In this document: one piece after another, positions 29,864-37,378 of the stretch
Layout: every line of letters starts with the position of its first letter
How positions within the stretch are numbered: position 1 is the first letter of the stretch
Assembly: GCA_041302525.1 (NCBI GenBank)
Contig: JBFYQX010000092.1
Location: 1 to 61,807, forward strand
Length of the DNA stretch: 61,807 bases
DNA from: Candidatus Bipolaricaulota bacterium
GTDB lineage: Bacteria; Bipolaricaulota; Bipolaricaulia; UBA7950; UBA9294
Direction: 5' to 3'
Program-made: the position numbers and the translations under genes
The notes under the pieces: model-generated
What the model saw: the letters and a program-made list of their open reading frames with translations, nothing else
Told to the model about the DNA's origin: nothing
Databases searched by the model: none

Positions 29864-30201
29864 GGAGAGGGTTAGAGAGACGCCGGTCGGGCGTGAGCCA
29901 CGGCTGGAGGAAAGTCCGGACTCCATAGGGCAGACCACTGAGGAGATCTCAGCGGGGGCGACCCTCGGGACAGTGCAACAGAGAGCAGACCGCCGATGGC
30001 CCGGTAACACGGGCTCAGGCAAGGGTGAAACGGTGGTGTAAGAGACCACCAGCGGCTCGGGCGACCGGGCCGGCTCGGCAAACCCTGGTCGGAGCAAGGC
30101 CAAGTAGGAAGGCGTCGGAGAACGGCCCGTTCAAGCCTTCGGGTAGGCCGCACAGATGAATGTCTCTCCTCGACAGAATCCGGCTTATCGACCCTCTCCC
30201 C
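29863..30201 (+). ncRNA. rnpB: RNase P RNA, bacterial type A
   Basis: GAGGAAAGTCCGGACTC, AGTGCAACAGAG, GGGTGAAACGGTGGTGTAAGAGACCACC, ACAGAATCCGGCTTA; P1 GGGAGAGGGT/ACCCTCTCCC. Confidence 0.97.
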
Positions 30202-30297
30202 ACCTTGCGCCCTCCGGGCGCAGGCCCTTGCCTTGGTTGTTGACGCCCGACGGGCTCCGTATACTCGTCCACGCGTGATGAGGAGGCGAAGACAGAG

Positions 30298-30981
30298 ATG
30301 TTCAGCGGCCTGATGTTCGATCCGATCTGGGTCATCGTGCTGCCGGCCATGGCCCTCGCCCTCTATGCTCAGTGGAAGGTTCAATCGACGTACAGCCACT
30401 ACGCGAACGTCGAGGTTGTCCGTCAACTCACGGCCGAAGACGCCGCGCGACGGATCCTGAACGCCGACCATGTCGAAGGCGTGGCAATTGAGAAGACCGA
30501 TCGGCGGTTGGGCGACCACTACGACCCGCGGAAGAAGGTGCTGCGGTTGTCGGCGCCCAGATCGACGTCCGTGGCTGCCATCGGCGTCGCTGCCCACGAG
30601 GCCGGCCACGCCATGCAGCATGCCAAGCAGTACGGACCCCTCGCCCTCCGTTCGAGCCTGGTTCCCATCGCCAATTTCGGCTCGCAGCTCGCTTTCCCGC
30701 TCTTCCTGGTCGGCCTGCTCGCGCAGATCCCGGTCCTGATCACAGCGGGCATCGTGCTGTTCTCGGCCGCGGTCCTGTTCACGCTGGTGACCCTTCCCGT
30801 CGAATTCGACGCCAGCCGGCGCGCCGTGCGTGCGCTCGAACAGTCGGGCATGGTGACTACCGAGGAACTTGGCGCCGTACGCAAGGTCCTCTCGGCCGCG
30901 GCGCTGACGTACGTCGCGGCGGCCGCGGTCGCCGCTCTCCAGCTCGTCGCGCTCGTCTTGTCGACCAACCGCCGCCGATGA
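30298..30981 (+). CDS. Membrane zinc metallopeptidase (YugP/COG2738 family)
   Basis: DHYDP..K.LRLS, AAHEAGHA.QH, TLPVEFDASRRA, AAALTYVAA. Confidence 0.92.
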   Translation: MFSGLMFDPIWVIVLPAMALALYAQWKVQSTYSHYANVEVVRQLTAEDAARRILNADHVEGVAIEKTDRRLGDHYDPRKKVLRLSAPRSTSVAAIGVAAHEAGHAMQHAKQYGPLALRSSLVPIANFGSQLAFPLFLVGLLAQIPVLITAGIVLFSAAVLFTLVTLPVEFDASRRAVRALEQSGMVTTEELGAVRKVLSAAALTYVAAAAVAALQLVALVLSTNRRR

Positions 30982-31619
30982 AGCTCGCGCCATCCCTGCT
31001 GGCCGCGGACTTCTCGTGCCTCCTCGACGAGGCGGAGGCGGTTGCGCCGCTCGCATCGTGTCTGCACTGGGACGTCATGGACGGGCACTTCGTGCCCAAC
31101 CTGACGTTCGGCCCGCCGGTCGTGAACGCGTTGCGACGCCGCCTCGACCTGCCGTTTGAGATCCACCTGATGATCGAACGCCCGGCCGAGTACGCGCCGC
31201 AGTTCGACGTGCTTGAGAGGGACACAATCATCTTCCACGTCGAGGCGAGCGATCCGCCCGAGCGAGCGATCGCGGCCATCCGCAAGACGGGCGCCAGGGT
31301 CGGCGTGTCCCTGCGACCGCGGACGCCGCTCTGGGACCTCTTTCCGCTTCTCGACGAGGTCCGCACTGTCCTGGTGATGAGCGTCGAACCCGGCTTCGGC
31401 GGCCAGGCGTTTCGTCCCGAAACCCTCGAACGCATCCGCGCCCTGCGCGTCGAGACCGCGCCGCGCGGGATCGAGATCGCCGTGGACGGGGGCGTGAACG
31501 TCCACAACGCCCGCGAGATCGCGCGCGCCGGCGCGGATCTGCTCATTGCCGGCTCCGCGATCTTTGCCGCGCCGGACCGTCTCGCCGCCATGCGTGCCCT
31601 GCGGGAGGCCGCGGCGTGA
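30978..31619 (+). CDS. rpe: Ribulose-phosphate 3-epimerase
   Basis: APSLLAADF, HWDVMDGHFVPNLTFG, MSVEPGFGGQ, VDGG. Confidence 0.95.
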   Translation: MKLAPSLLAADFSCLLDEAEAVAPLASCLHWDVMDGHFVPNLTFGPPVVNALRRRLDLPFEIHLMIERPAEYAPQFDVLERDTIIFHVEASDPPERAIAAIRKTGARVGVSLRPRTPLWDLFPLLDEVRTVLVMSVEPGFGGQAFRPETLERIRALRVETAPRGIEIAVDGGVNVHNAREIARAGADLLIAGSAIFAAPDRLAAMRALREAAA

Positions 31620-32707
31620 ACGACGAGACGTTCCTGCGGCGCGCGTTTGAACTCGCCGAGGTGGGGGAGGGCGACACGTCGCCAAACCCGCTCGTCGGCG
31701 CCCTCGTCGTCCGCGACGGGCTCATCGTCGGGCGAGGCGCGCACCGCGCGTTCGGAGGCCCCCACGCCGAGGTCTTCGCCCTCGATGAGGCCGGGGACCG
31801 CGCGCGCGGCGCGACCCTTTACGTCACTCTCGAACCGTGCGCACACCACGGCAAGACCCCGCCGTGCACCGAGCGCATCCTGGCCGCCGGCGTCGCGCGC
31901 ATCGTCGCGCCGGTAGAAGACCCGAACCCCGTCGTCGCCGGGCGCGGCTTTGCCGCGCTCCGTTCCGGCGGTCTGACCGTCGATGTGGGTTTGTTGCTCG
32001 ACGTCGCGCTTCGCCAGAACGAGATCTTCTTCAAGTACATCCGGACCCGCCTCCCGTTCGTCCACCTCAAGCTCGCCCAGAGCCTCGACGGTCGCATCGC
32101 CACGCGAACCGGGGACGCGCGCTGGATCTCGAGCGAGCCCGCCCAGGTGCTCGTACACCGCTGGCGCCGGCGCCATGCCGCCGTGCTCGTCGGCCTCGGA
32201 ACCGTGCTCGCCGACGATCCCGAGCTGACCGTGCGCCACGTCGTCGGGCGCCAACCCACGCCCGTCGTCGTGGACCGCGACGGACAGCTTGCGCCCACTG
32301 CGCGACTCGTCCGTTCAGGTCGCGCCCCGATCGTGGCCGTCGCCCGCATCGAGGCCGAGCGTCGCGCCGCGCTCGAAGCGCAGGGGTGCCGCGTGTGGGA
32401 GCTGCCAGCAGGCCAGGGTGACGTCGACATCGCCGTTCTTCTCTGTCGGCTCGGCGCCGCGGGCATCGACTCGCTGCTCGTCGAAGGCGGGGGAGAGACC
32501 GCTGCCTCGTTCCTCCGAGCCGGACTCGTGGACCGCATCTCCGTGTTCATTGCGCCCCTGCTGATCGGCGGGCGCAGCGCCGTCCCGGCGATCGGCGGAG
32601 AGGGGAGCGAGCGCCTGCGCGACGCGTGGCCCCTTCGCGGCGTGACCATCGAGTGGATCGGCCCCGATCTGCTCTACTCCGGCCGGGTGGGTTCTCCAGA
32701 CGCGTAA
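31616..32707 (+). CDS. ribD: Riboflavin biosynthesis deaminase/reductase
   Basis: PNPLVG, HAE, TLEPCAHHGKTPPC, SLDGRIA, LVEGGG. Confidence 0.95.
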   Translation: MNDETFLRRAFELAEVGEGDTSPNPLVGALVVRDGLIVGRGAHRAFGGPHAEVFALDEAGDRARGATLYVTLEPCAHHGKTPPCTERILAAGVARIVAPVEDPNPVVAGRGFAALRSGGLTVDVGLLLDVALRQNEIFFKYIRTRLPFVHLKLAQSLDGRIATRTGDARWISSEPAQVLVHRWRRRHAAVLVGLGTVLADDPELTVRHVVGRQPTPVVVDRDGQLAPTARLVRSGRAPIVAVARIEAERRAALEAQGCRVWELPAGQGDVDIAVLLCRLGAAGIDSLLVEGGGETAASFLRAGLVDRISVFIAPLLIGGRSAVPAIGGEGSERLRDAWPLRGVTIEWIGPDLLYSGRVGSPDA

Positions 32708-32757
32708 CGCGCCGCTTCCACAGAGACGGCGCATCCCTGGCTTCCCCCGACAACCTC

Positions 32758-32830
32758 TGGGGCGCAGCCGGGTATCAGCCTGCCGCACCCCCGAGGTGGC
32801 CGAACGCTCCCTCTCCAGAGCGGCGTGGCT
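32758..32830 (-). pseudogene. Strongly decayed tRNA-Val-derived copy (copy 3)
   Basis: Aligns with copy 2 and tRNA-Val; retains the GCTC/GAGC D-stem, GTTCGG, GCAGG and TGCGCCC. Confidence 0.6.
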
Positions 32831-32879
32831 CTCCCAGCCGCAGGGCAAGCAGCAAAGCCGGATGCAGGCCTCGAGAGAG

Positions 32880-32904
32880 GAGCCGCCGGCATAGCCGGCG
32901 GCTC
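32880..32904 (-). terminator. GC hairpin downstream of tRNA copy 2
   Basis: GAGCCGCCGGC-ATA-GCCGGCGGCTC, perfect 11-bp stem, homologous to 33210-33236. Confidence 0.6.
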
Positions 32905-32912
32905 CGATGTCC

Positions 32913-32988
32913 TGGTGGGCGCAGCAGGGGTTCTAGCCTGCGGCACCTCCGAGGTGCCCGAACGCTCTCCCAGCTGAGCGACTTGGCC
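32913..32988 (-). pseudogene. tRNA-Val-derived copy 2 (76 nt, ends in CCA, acceptor and anticodon arms altered)
   Basis: Shares GCTCAGCTGGGAGAGCGTTCGGG and CCTGCTGCGCCCA with tRNA-Val; the anticodon arm is replaced by GGCACCT-CGG-AGGTGCC. Confidence 0.75.
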
Positions 32989-33002
32989 ACCAGACGACAA
33001 GC

Positions 33003-33183
33003 CAAGCAGCGAAGTCAGACCAAGCCGCCACTGAGCTACTCGCCCCGCCGCAGAGACAAGCGAGCAGCGAAGCCGACCACGCCATGCGGAGCTACTTGCT
33101 CCTCCAGACCGAAAGGCAAGCAGCGAAGCCGACCACGCCATGCGGAGCTACTTGCCCCTCCGAACCGCAGGCAAGCAGCGAAG
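33003..33183. repeat. Tandem 55-58 nt degenerate repeats with core (C)AAGCAGCGAAG
   Basis: Cores at 33003, 33062, 33117 and 33172, plus a variant at 32846; units 2 and 3 share GCAGCGAAGCCGACCACGCCATGCGGAGCTACTTGC. Confidence 0.8.
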
Positions 33184-33209
33184 CGCATCGCAGGTTGGCC
33201 AAGAGAGAC

Positions 33210-33236
33210 GGGCCGCCGGTCGATGACCGGCGGCCC
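33210..33236 (-). terminator. GC hairpin downstream of tRNA-Val
   Basis: GGGCCGCCGGTC-GAT-GACCGGCGGCCC, perfect 12-bp stem. Confidence 0.65.
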
Positions 33237-33250
33237 GTGGCTACGCGCTG

Positions 33251-33323
33251 TGGGCGCAGCAGGGTTCGAACCTGCGGCCTCTCGGATGTGACCCGAACGC
33301 TCTCCCAGCTGAGCTATGCGCCC
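33251..33323 (-). tRNA. tRNA-Val(CAC), CCA not encoded
   Basis: GGGCGCA/TGCGCCC acceptor, loop GT-CAC-AT, TTCGAAC T-loop; extended -10 TG-G-TACAAT upstream. Confidence 0.92.
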
Positions 33324-33391
33324 TTCTTGCGCATTGTACCACGCGGGCCGCCGCAAGGGGAGTCTCGCGACTCACCCCGCGCAGCGCGCGT

Positions 33392-34636
33392 CTAGGCGTC
33401 GAATTTGGCGTTCTCGAGCATGTCTGAGAGGCTTTCGCCGCGCCGTTTACGCGTGATCTCCACCAGCCCGAGCGCCGTCATGTCCACGAAGTCCGCCGAG
33501 ACCCGATCCTTCTTCAGCTCCTCCTGCACCTTCTGCACGACCTGCTCGACGTGGGTTGGATCCTCCATGTCGACGAAGTCCACGATGATGATCCCGCTGA
33601 TCTGGCGTAGCCGAAGCTGCCGTGCGATCTCTGTCGCCGCCTCGAGGTTCGTGTTGAGAATCGCCGACGACTGGTTGCGGTGGCGCACATCGCCCCCGGT
33701 GTTGACATCGATGGCAATGAGGGCTTCCGTTTCATCGATGACAATCGACCCGCCGCCCGAGAGCGGCACGCGCCGCGCCAGGCTGTCGTGGATCTGTCGC
33801 TCCAGATCGTGTTTGGCGAACAGCGGATCCGGTCCCTTGTGCAGGCGGATCCGATCCCGGTGCTCGGTCATCTGCATGTACTCGAGGAACGACTGGATCT
33901 TCTCGAAGAAGAACGGCGAGTCCGCGATGACCTCGACGATGTCAGGCCCCATCCAGTCGCGCAGCACGGTCTGAACGAGGCCCATGGCCTTGTACACCAG
34001 CCGCGGTGACGTCGCGGCCTTGGCGGCCGCGGTGACGCGCTCCCAGCTCTCCACGAGCAGGCGGTAGTCCCTTTCCAGTTCCTCATCCGTGGCCCATTGC
34101 GCGGCTGTGCGAGCGATCATGCCCTCGCCCGGCCTCTTCAGCGCCCGCGCCAATCGGCGGATGCGCCGTTGATCGCGCACGGCCTCGACCCGCCGCGAAA
34201 CGCCGAGCCGGTCTTCGGTCGGCAGGTAGACCCAGAAGCGCCCCGGGATCGAGATCTTCGTTGTCCCTTGTGGGTTCTTCGTGCCGATCCCGTCGCGCCG
34301 CACCTGGAGCGTGATCATCTGGCCCTGCCGCAGGATCTTCCCGATGGGGATCCCGTTCTGCCACGGCTTGAACCCCTTCTCCTCGAGCATGCTGTCGTTC
34401 AGCTCGTTCAGCGACAGGAAGAGGCTCTTCTTCTCCCCGACGTCGACGAACGCCGACCCCATGCCCGGGACAACGTCCTCGATGCGTCCCCGATAGATGT
34501 TTCCAACGAGCTTCTCGCGTGATGGGTGACCGTAGTAGATCTCCATCAGTCGGGTCCCCTCGAGGAGCGCGACCCGCGTCCGCTTGTCTCCGTCTTCCGT
34601 CGTGTCAACGGAGATCAGGATTCTCTTGTCGTCGAT
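33392..34636 (-). CDS. rng: RNase G/E family ribonuclease; probable ATC start at 34636
   Basis: GNIYRG...V.PGM.SAFVD.G, KNPQGTT.ISIPGR, IDETEALIAIDVNTG, RLRQISGIIIVDFVDM; the conserved N-terminus lies upstream of ATG 34546. Confidence 0.9.
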   Translation of the reverse strand: MDDKRILISVDTTEDGDKRTRVALLEGTRLMEIYYGHPSREKLVGNIYRGRIEDVVPGMGSAFVDVGEKKSLFLSLNELNDSMLEEKGFKPWQNGIPIGKILRQGQMITLQVRRDGIGTKNPQGTTKISIPGRFWVYLPTEDRLGVSRRVEAVRDQRRIRRLARALKRPGEGMIARTAAQWATDEELERDYRLLVESWERVTAAAKAATSPRLVYKAMGLVQTVLRDWMGPDIVEVIADSPFFFEKIQSFLEYMQMTEHRDRIRLHKGPDPLFAKHDLERQIHDSLARRVPLSGGGSIVIDETEALIAIDVNTGGDVRHRNQSSAILNTNLEAATEIARQLRLRQISGIIIVDFVDMEDPTHVEQVVQKVQEELKKDRVSADFVDMTALGLVEITRKRRGESLSDMLENAKFDA

Positions 34637-35151
34637 CTCGCCACCTTCTTTCCCTCACCGAGTCCACGCAGAACGGAGGCGAACGGCGCTCCGTCCCGAA
34701 AGTCCACGAGCTTCGGGTCGAGTTCGAGCAGCGGGACGAGCGCAAAGGCGCGCTCGCGGAGCCGCGGGTGCGGAATCTCCAGGTCGGGCTCTCGAATCTC
34801 CAACCGGCCGTAGAGCAGAATGTCGACATCGAGCGTACGGGGCCCAAAGCGCGGGCCGCGCTGCCGTCCGCACAACGCCTCTGCCTCCTGGCACCAGGTG
34901 AGGAGCGTTCGCGGCGGCACGCAGACGCGCCCGCGGGCTGCGCGGTTCAGAAACCATGGCTGGTCCTCCAGGCCAACAGGTTCTGTCTCGTAATCGGACG
35001 AGACGGCCAACCACTCGACTCCGCGGTCCCCGAGCGCGGCGAGTCCCCGCTCGATGGCGGCGTGCCGATCGCCGAGGTTCGAGCCGAAGAGGAGGTACGC
35101 CTCTACGCCTCCGCTCGTGCCTGGCGTTTCGTCACGACGGCGGTTGCACAT
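34615..35151 (-). CDS. folK: 2-amino-4-hydroxy-6-hydroxymethyldihydropteridine diphosphokinase
   Basis: AYL.FGSNLGDR, YETEP, QPWFLN, GPRTLDVDIL, PHP.L.ERAF.L.PL; start uncertain. Confidence 0.92.
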   Translation of the reverse strand: MCNRRRDETPGTSGGVEAYLLFGSNLGDRHAAIERGLAALGDRGVEWLAVSSDYETEPVGLEDQPWFLNRAARGRVCVPPRTLLTWCQEAEALCGRQRGPRFGPRTLDVDILLYGRLEIREPDLEIPHPRLRERAFALVPLLELDPKLVDFRDGAPFASVLRGLGEGKKVARSTTRES

Positions 35152-35474
35152 GCGCCTTGACCCCACGCTTCAAACCCCAACTTCCGCACGCCGACGCGCA
35201 CCGCGCGCACCCTGGCGAAGTCGCCGAGCACTTCGTCCGCGATAGCCCCGGCGAGCGACTCGATGAGGTGAAAGCTTCGCCCCCGGCTCACGCGGTGAAT
35301 GCAGCGCACGATCGCATCGTAATCCATCGTCTCGCGCAGCTCGTCGTTCCCAACCGCCGCGCGCCAATCGCCGATCACGGTCACGTCGACCTCGAAGCGC
35401 CGATCCGTGGTACGTTCCTCGGGATAGACGCCATGGCGCGCCGTCAGTTCGACGCGCTCAACGCTCAACCGCAT
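35103..35474 (-). CDS. folB: Dihydroneopterin aldolase
   Basis: HGVYPEE...RFEVDV, L.ETMDY, LIESLA, V.VRK; start is ATG 35474 or TTG 35522. Confidence 0.88.
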   Translation of the reverse strand: MRLSVERVELTARHGVYPEERTTDRRFEVDVTVIGDWRAAVGNDELRETMDYDAIVRCIHRVSRGRSFHLIESLAGAIADEVLGDFARVRAVRVGVRKLGFEAWGQGACATAVVTKRQARAEA

Positions 35475-35520
35475 CGCGGCGCTCAATCGTCTCGTTCTGT
35501 CCTCGTGCTTCTCGCGGCTC

Positions 35521-35550
35521 AAGACAAGAGGTCACCCCGCGGGTGACCTC
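35521..35550 (-). terminator. Hairpin terminator/attenuator after rplT
   Basis: GAGGTCACCC-3 nt-GGGTGACCTC followed by TTGTCTT on the minus strand. Confidence 0.55.
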
Positions 35551-35628
35551 CACACTCCTCTGCGATCGACGCGGTGCCGCCAAGCAGCGACCACCCTCGG
35601 CAACGCGGCCTCCTGCTTGGCATTGCGC

Positions 35629-35991
35629 TCAGCCCCTCGAGGCCCCTTCCTTGGACACCTTCGCCAGCTCCGCGAACGTCGCAGGGTCGCGCACGGCGAT
35701 GTCCGCGAGCATCTTCCGGTTGAGGATGACGCCGCGCTTGGCGAGCCCGCCGGTCAGACCCGAGTACGACAACCCGTTCTGCCGTGCTCCCGCCCCGATC
35801 CGCGTGATCCAAAGGCTTCGGAAGTTTCGCTTCTTCAGGCGGCGCCCGATGTAGCTGTTCTTCAGGGCCTTCATCACCGCCTGCTTGGCAATGCGGTGCG
35901 ATCGACCCCGCTTGCCCTTGAAGCCCTTGGCGAGAGCCAGGATCTTCCTGCGGCTCTCCGCCCTCTTGTTGCCTCCACGTGCTCGCGGCAT
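35629..35991 (-). CDS. rplT: 50S ribosomal protein L20
   Basis: KILALAKGF.G, YIGRR.KKRNFRSLWITRI, LNRKMLADIAV. Confidence 0.97.
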   Translation of the reverse strand: MPRARGGNKRAESRRKILALAKGFKGKRGRSHRIAKQAVMKALKNSYIGRRLKKRNFRSLWITRIGAGARQNGLSYSGLTGGLAKRGVILNRKMLADIAVRDPATFAELAKVSKEGASRG

Positions 35992-36019
35992 CTCGTTCTC
36001 CTTCGTTCGCGGCCGGGGC

Positions 36020-36223
36020 CTACCGCTTCTTCTTCCCGATCATCCGGGAGAGCATCTTCTCCAATCCCCCGGTCACCTGCTTGCCCTTCCGCGCCTGTCG
36101 CTTCGCCTTCGAACTCTTCTTCACGTTCTTGTGCCAGAAGTTCGACATCTCGTGGAAGAGCTTTCCGCCCTTCGATCGCGTGAACCGCTTCTTCGATGCG
36201 GAATGCGTTTTCTGCTTCGGCAC
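36020..36223 (-). CDS. rpmI: 50S ribosomal protein L35
   Basis: MPKQKTH.ASKKRF; lies between infC and rplT. Confidence 0.93.
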   Translation of the reverse strand: MPKQKTHSASKKRFTRSKGGKLFHEMSNFWHKNVKKSSKAKRQARKGKQVTGGLEKMLSRMIGKKKR

Positions 36224-36247
36224 TGCGTCTCCTCCTCGCGCCGCCGC

Positions 36248-36757
36248 CTAGCTCTGCTGCGACGGCACGACCATCATCTGCAGGATCTTGCCCTTGGCCA
36301 TCGGCTGGCCTTCGACGCGGGCGATGTCCTTGACCTCTTCCTCCACACGCTTCAGGAGCTCGTGTCCCTTGCTGGCGTGAATGATCTCGCGCCCCCTGAA
36401 GAAGATGCTGATGCGGACCATGTCACCGTGCGTCAGGAACTCGCGAACGCGGTTCAGTTTCGTCTGGAAATCATGTTCGCCGATCTTGATCGTGAACTTG
36501 ATCTCCTTCAGCTTTGAGCGGTGCTGCTGCTTGCGCTCCCGCTTCTCCTGCTGGTAGTAGTACTTGCCGAAGTCCACGATCTTGCACACCGGCGGGTTGG
36601 CCTGAGGCGCAACCTCCACGAGGTCCAGCGCCCGCTCCTTGGCCACGGCGATCGCCTGATCGGTCGCCAGAACGCCCAGGTTCTCCCCCTTCTCGTCGAT
36701 GACCCGAACCTCGGGAACCCGGATTCGCTCGTTCACCCGCATCTTCTTACTGTCGAT
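36248..36757 (-). CDS. infC: Translation initiation factor IF-3; probable ATC start at 36757
   Basis: RVNERIR.PEVRVID, LDLVEVAP.A.PPVCKI.DFGK, KEIKF; SD AGGAGGT 4-5 nt before an in-frame ATC. Confidence 0.95.
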   Translation of the reverse strand: MDSKKMRVNERIRVPEVRVIDEKGENLGVLATDQAIAVAKERALDLVEVAPQANPPVCKIVDFGKYYYQQEKRERKQQHRSKLKEIKFTIKIGEHDFQTKLNRVREFLTHGDMVRISIFFRGREIIHASKGHELLKRVEEEVKDIARVEGQPMAKGKILQMMVVPSQQS

Positions 36758-36766
36758 ACGAACCTC

Positions 36767-37378
36767 CTATCTCGTGCGGTCCTTGCCACCGCGTGCCCGA
36801 TACAGCCCATGCTCTCGGATGTACTTCGCCACGCCCCGCGGCACCCACGGCTCGAGGTCCTCGCCGCGGCTCGCCTTCTCGCGCACGAACGTCGAAGACA
36901 AGTCGACGGGCATCATGTCGAGCTCATGGATCCGCGCCCCGGCCCACGGAGCCCTCGCAGGCTTCGACAAGTCAACTCCCGGCCGCGGTGCGACAACAAA
37001 AGGAACGGAACGCAAGAGGTCTTGCGACTCCTTCCACGCGTCGATGCCCATCAACCGGTCGGCTCCGAGAATGAAGCACAGCCCTTCTGGAACATCTTGC
37101 TCCATCGCGCGAATCGTGTCAATGGTGTACGAGGGTCCTTGCCGGTCGATCTCGATGCGGGACGCGGAGAGCCCCTTGCGCCCGCGCACGAGCGCCTGGA
37201 CCATCCGATACCGGTCGTCGGACGTCTCCAGTGCCTGTCCCTTCTGCGGCGGGACACCGTTGGGGACAAACAGGACGCGACGCAGCCCGCACTGGCGCAG
37301 CGCCTCCTGGGCGACCAGGAGGTGGGCGCGGTGGGGCGGGTCGAAGGTCCCGCCAAACAGCCCGACCCTATGGCGCAA
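36767..37378 (-). CDS. nadD: Nicotinate-nucleotide adenylyltransferase
   Basis: GLFGGTFDPPH.AH, PPQK, SYTIDT, ILGAD, SST..R; TTG start overlapping the obg stop. Confidence 0.93.
   Translation of the reverse strand: MRHRVGLFGGTFDPPHRAHLLVAQEALRQCGLRRVLFVPNGVPPQKGQALETSDDRYRMVQALVRGRKGLSASRIEIDRQGPSYTIDTIRAMEQDVPEGLCFILGADRLMGIDAWKESQDLLRSVPFVVAPRPGVDLSKPARAPWAGARIHELDMMPVDLSSTFVREKASRGEDLEPWVPRGVAKYIREHGLYRARGGKDRTR

Noticed and set aside
32913-32988. Copy 2 as a functional suppressor or recoding tRNA
   Set aside because: The acceptor stem has three mismatches, the T-loop lacks TTC and there is no 7-nt anticodon loop.
32846-33183. Possible CRISPR array
   Set aside because: Repeats are degenerate, the spacers are homologous to one another, and there are no cas genes or leader; reported as tRNA-linked repeats instead.
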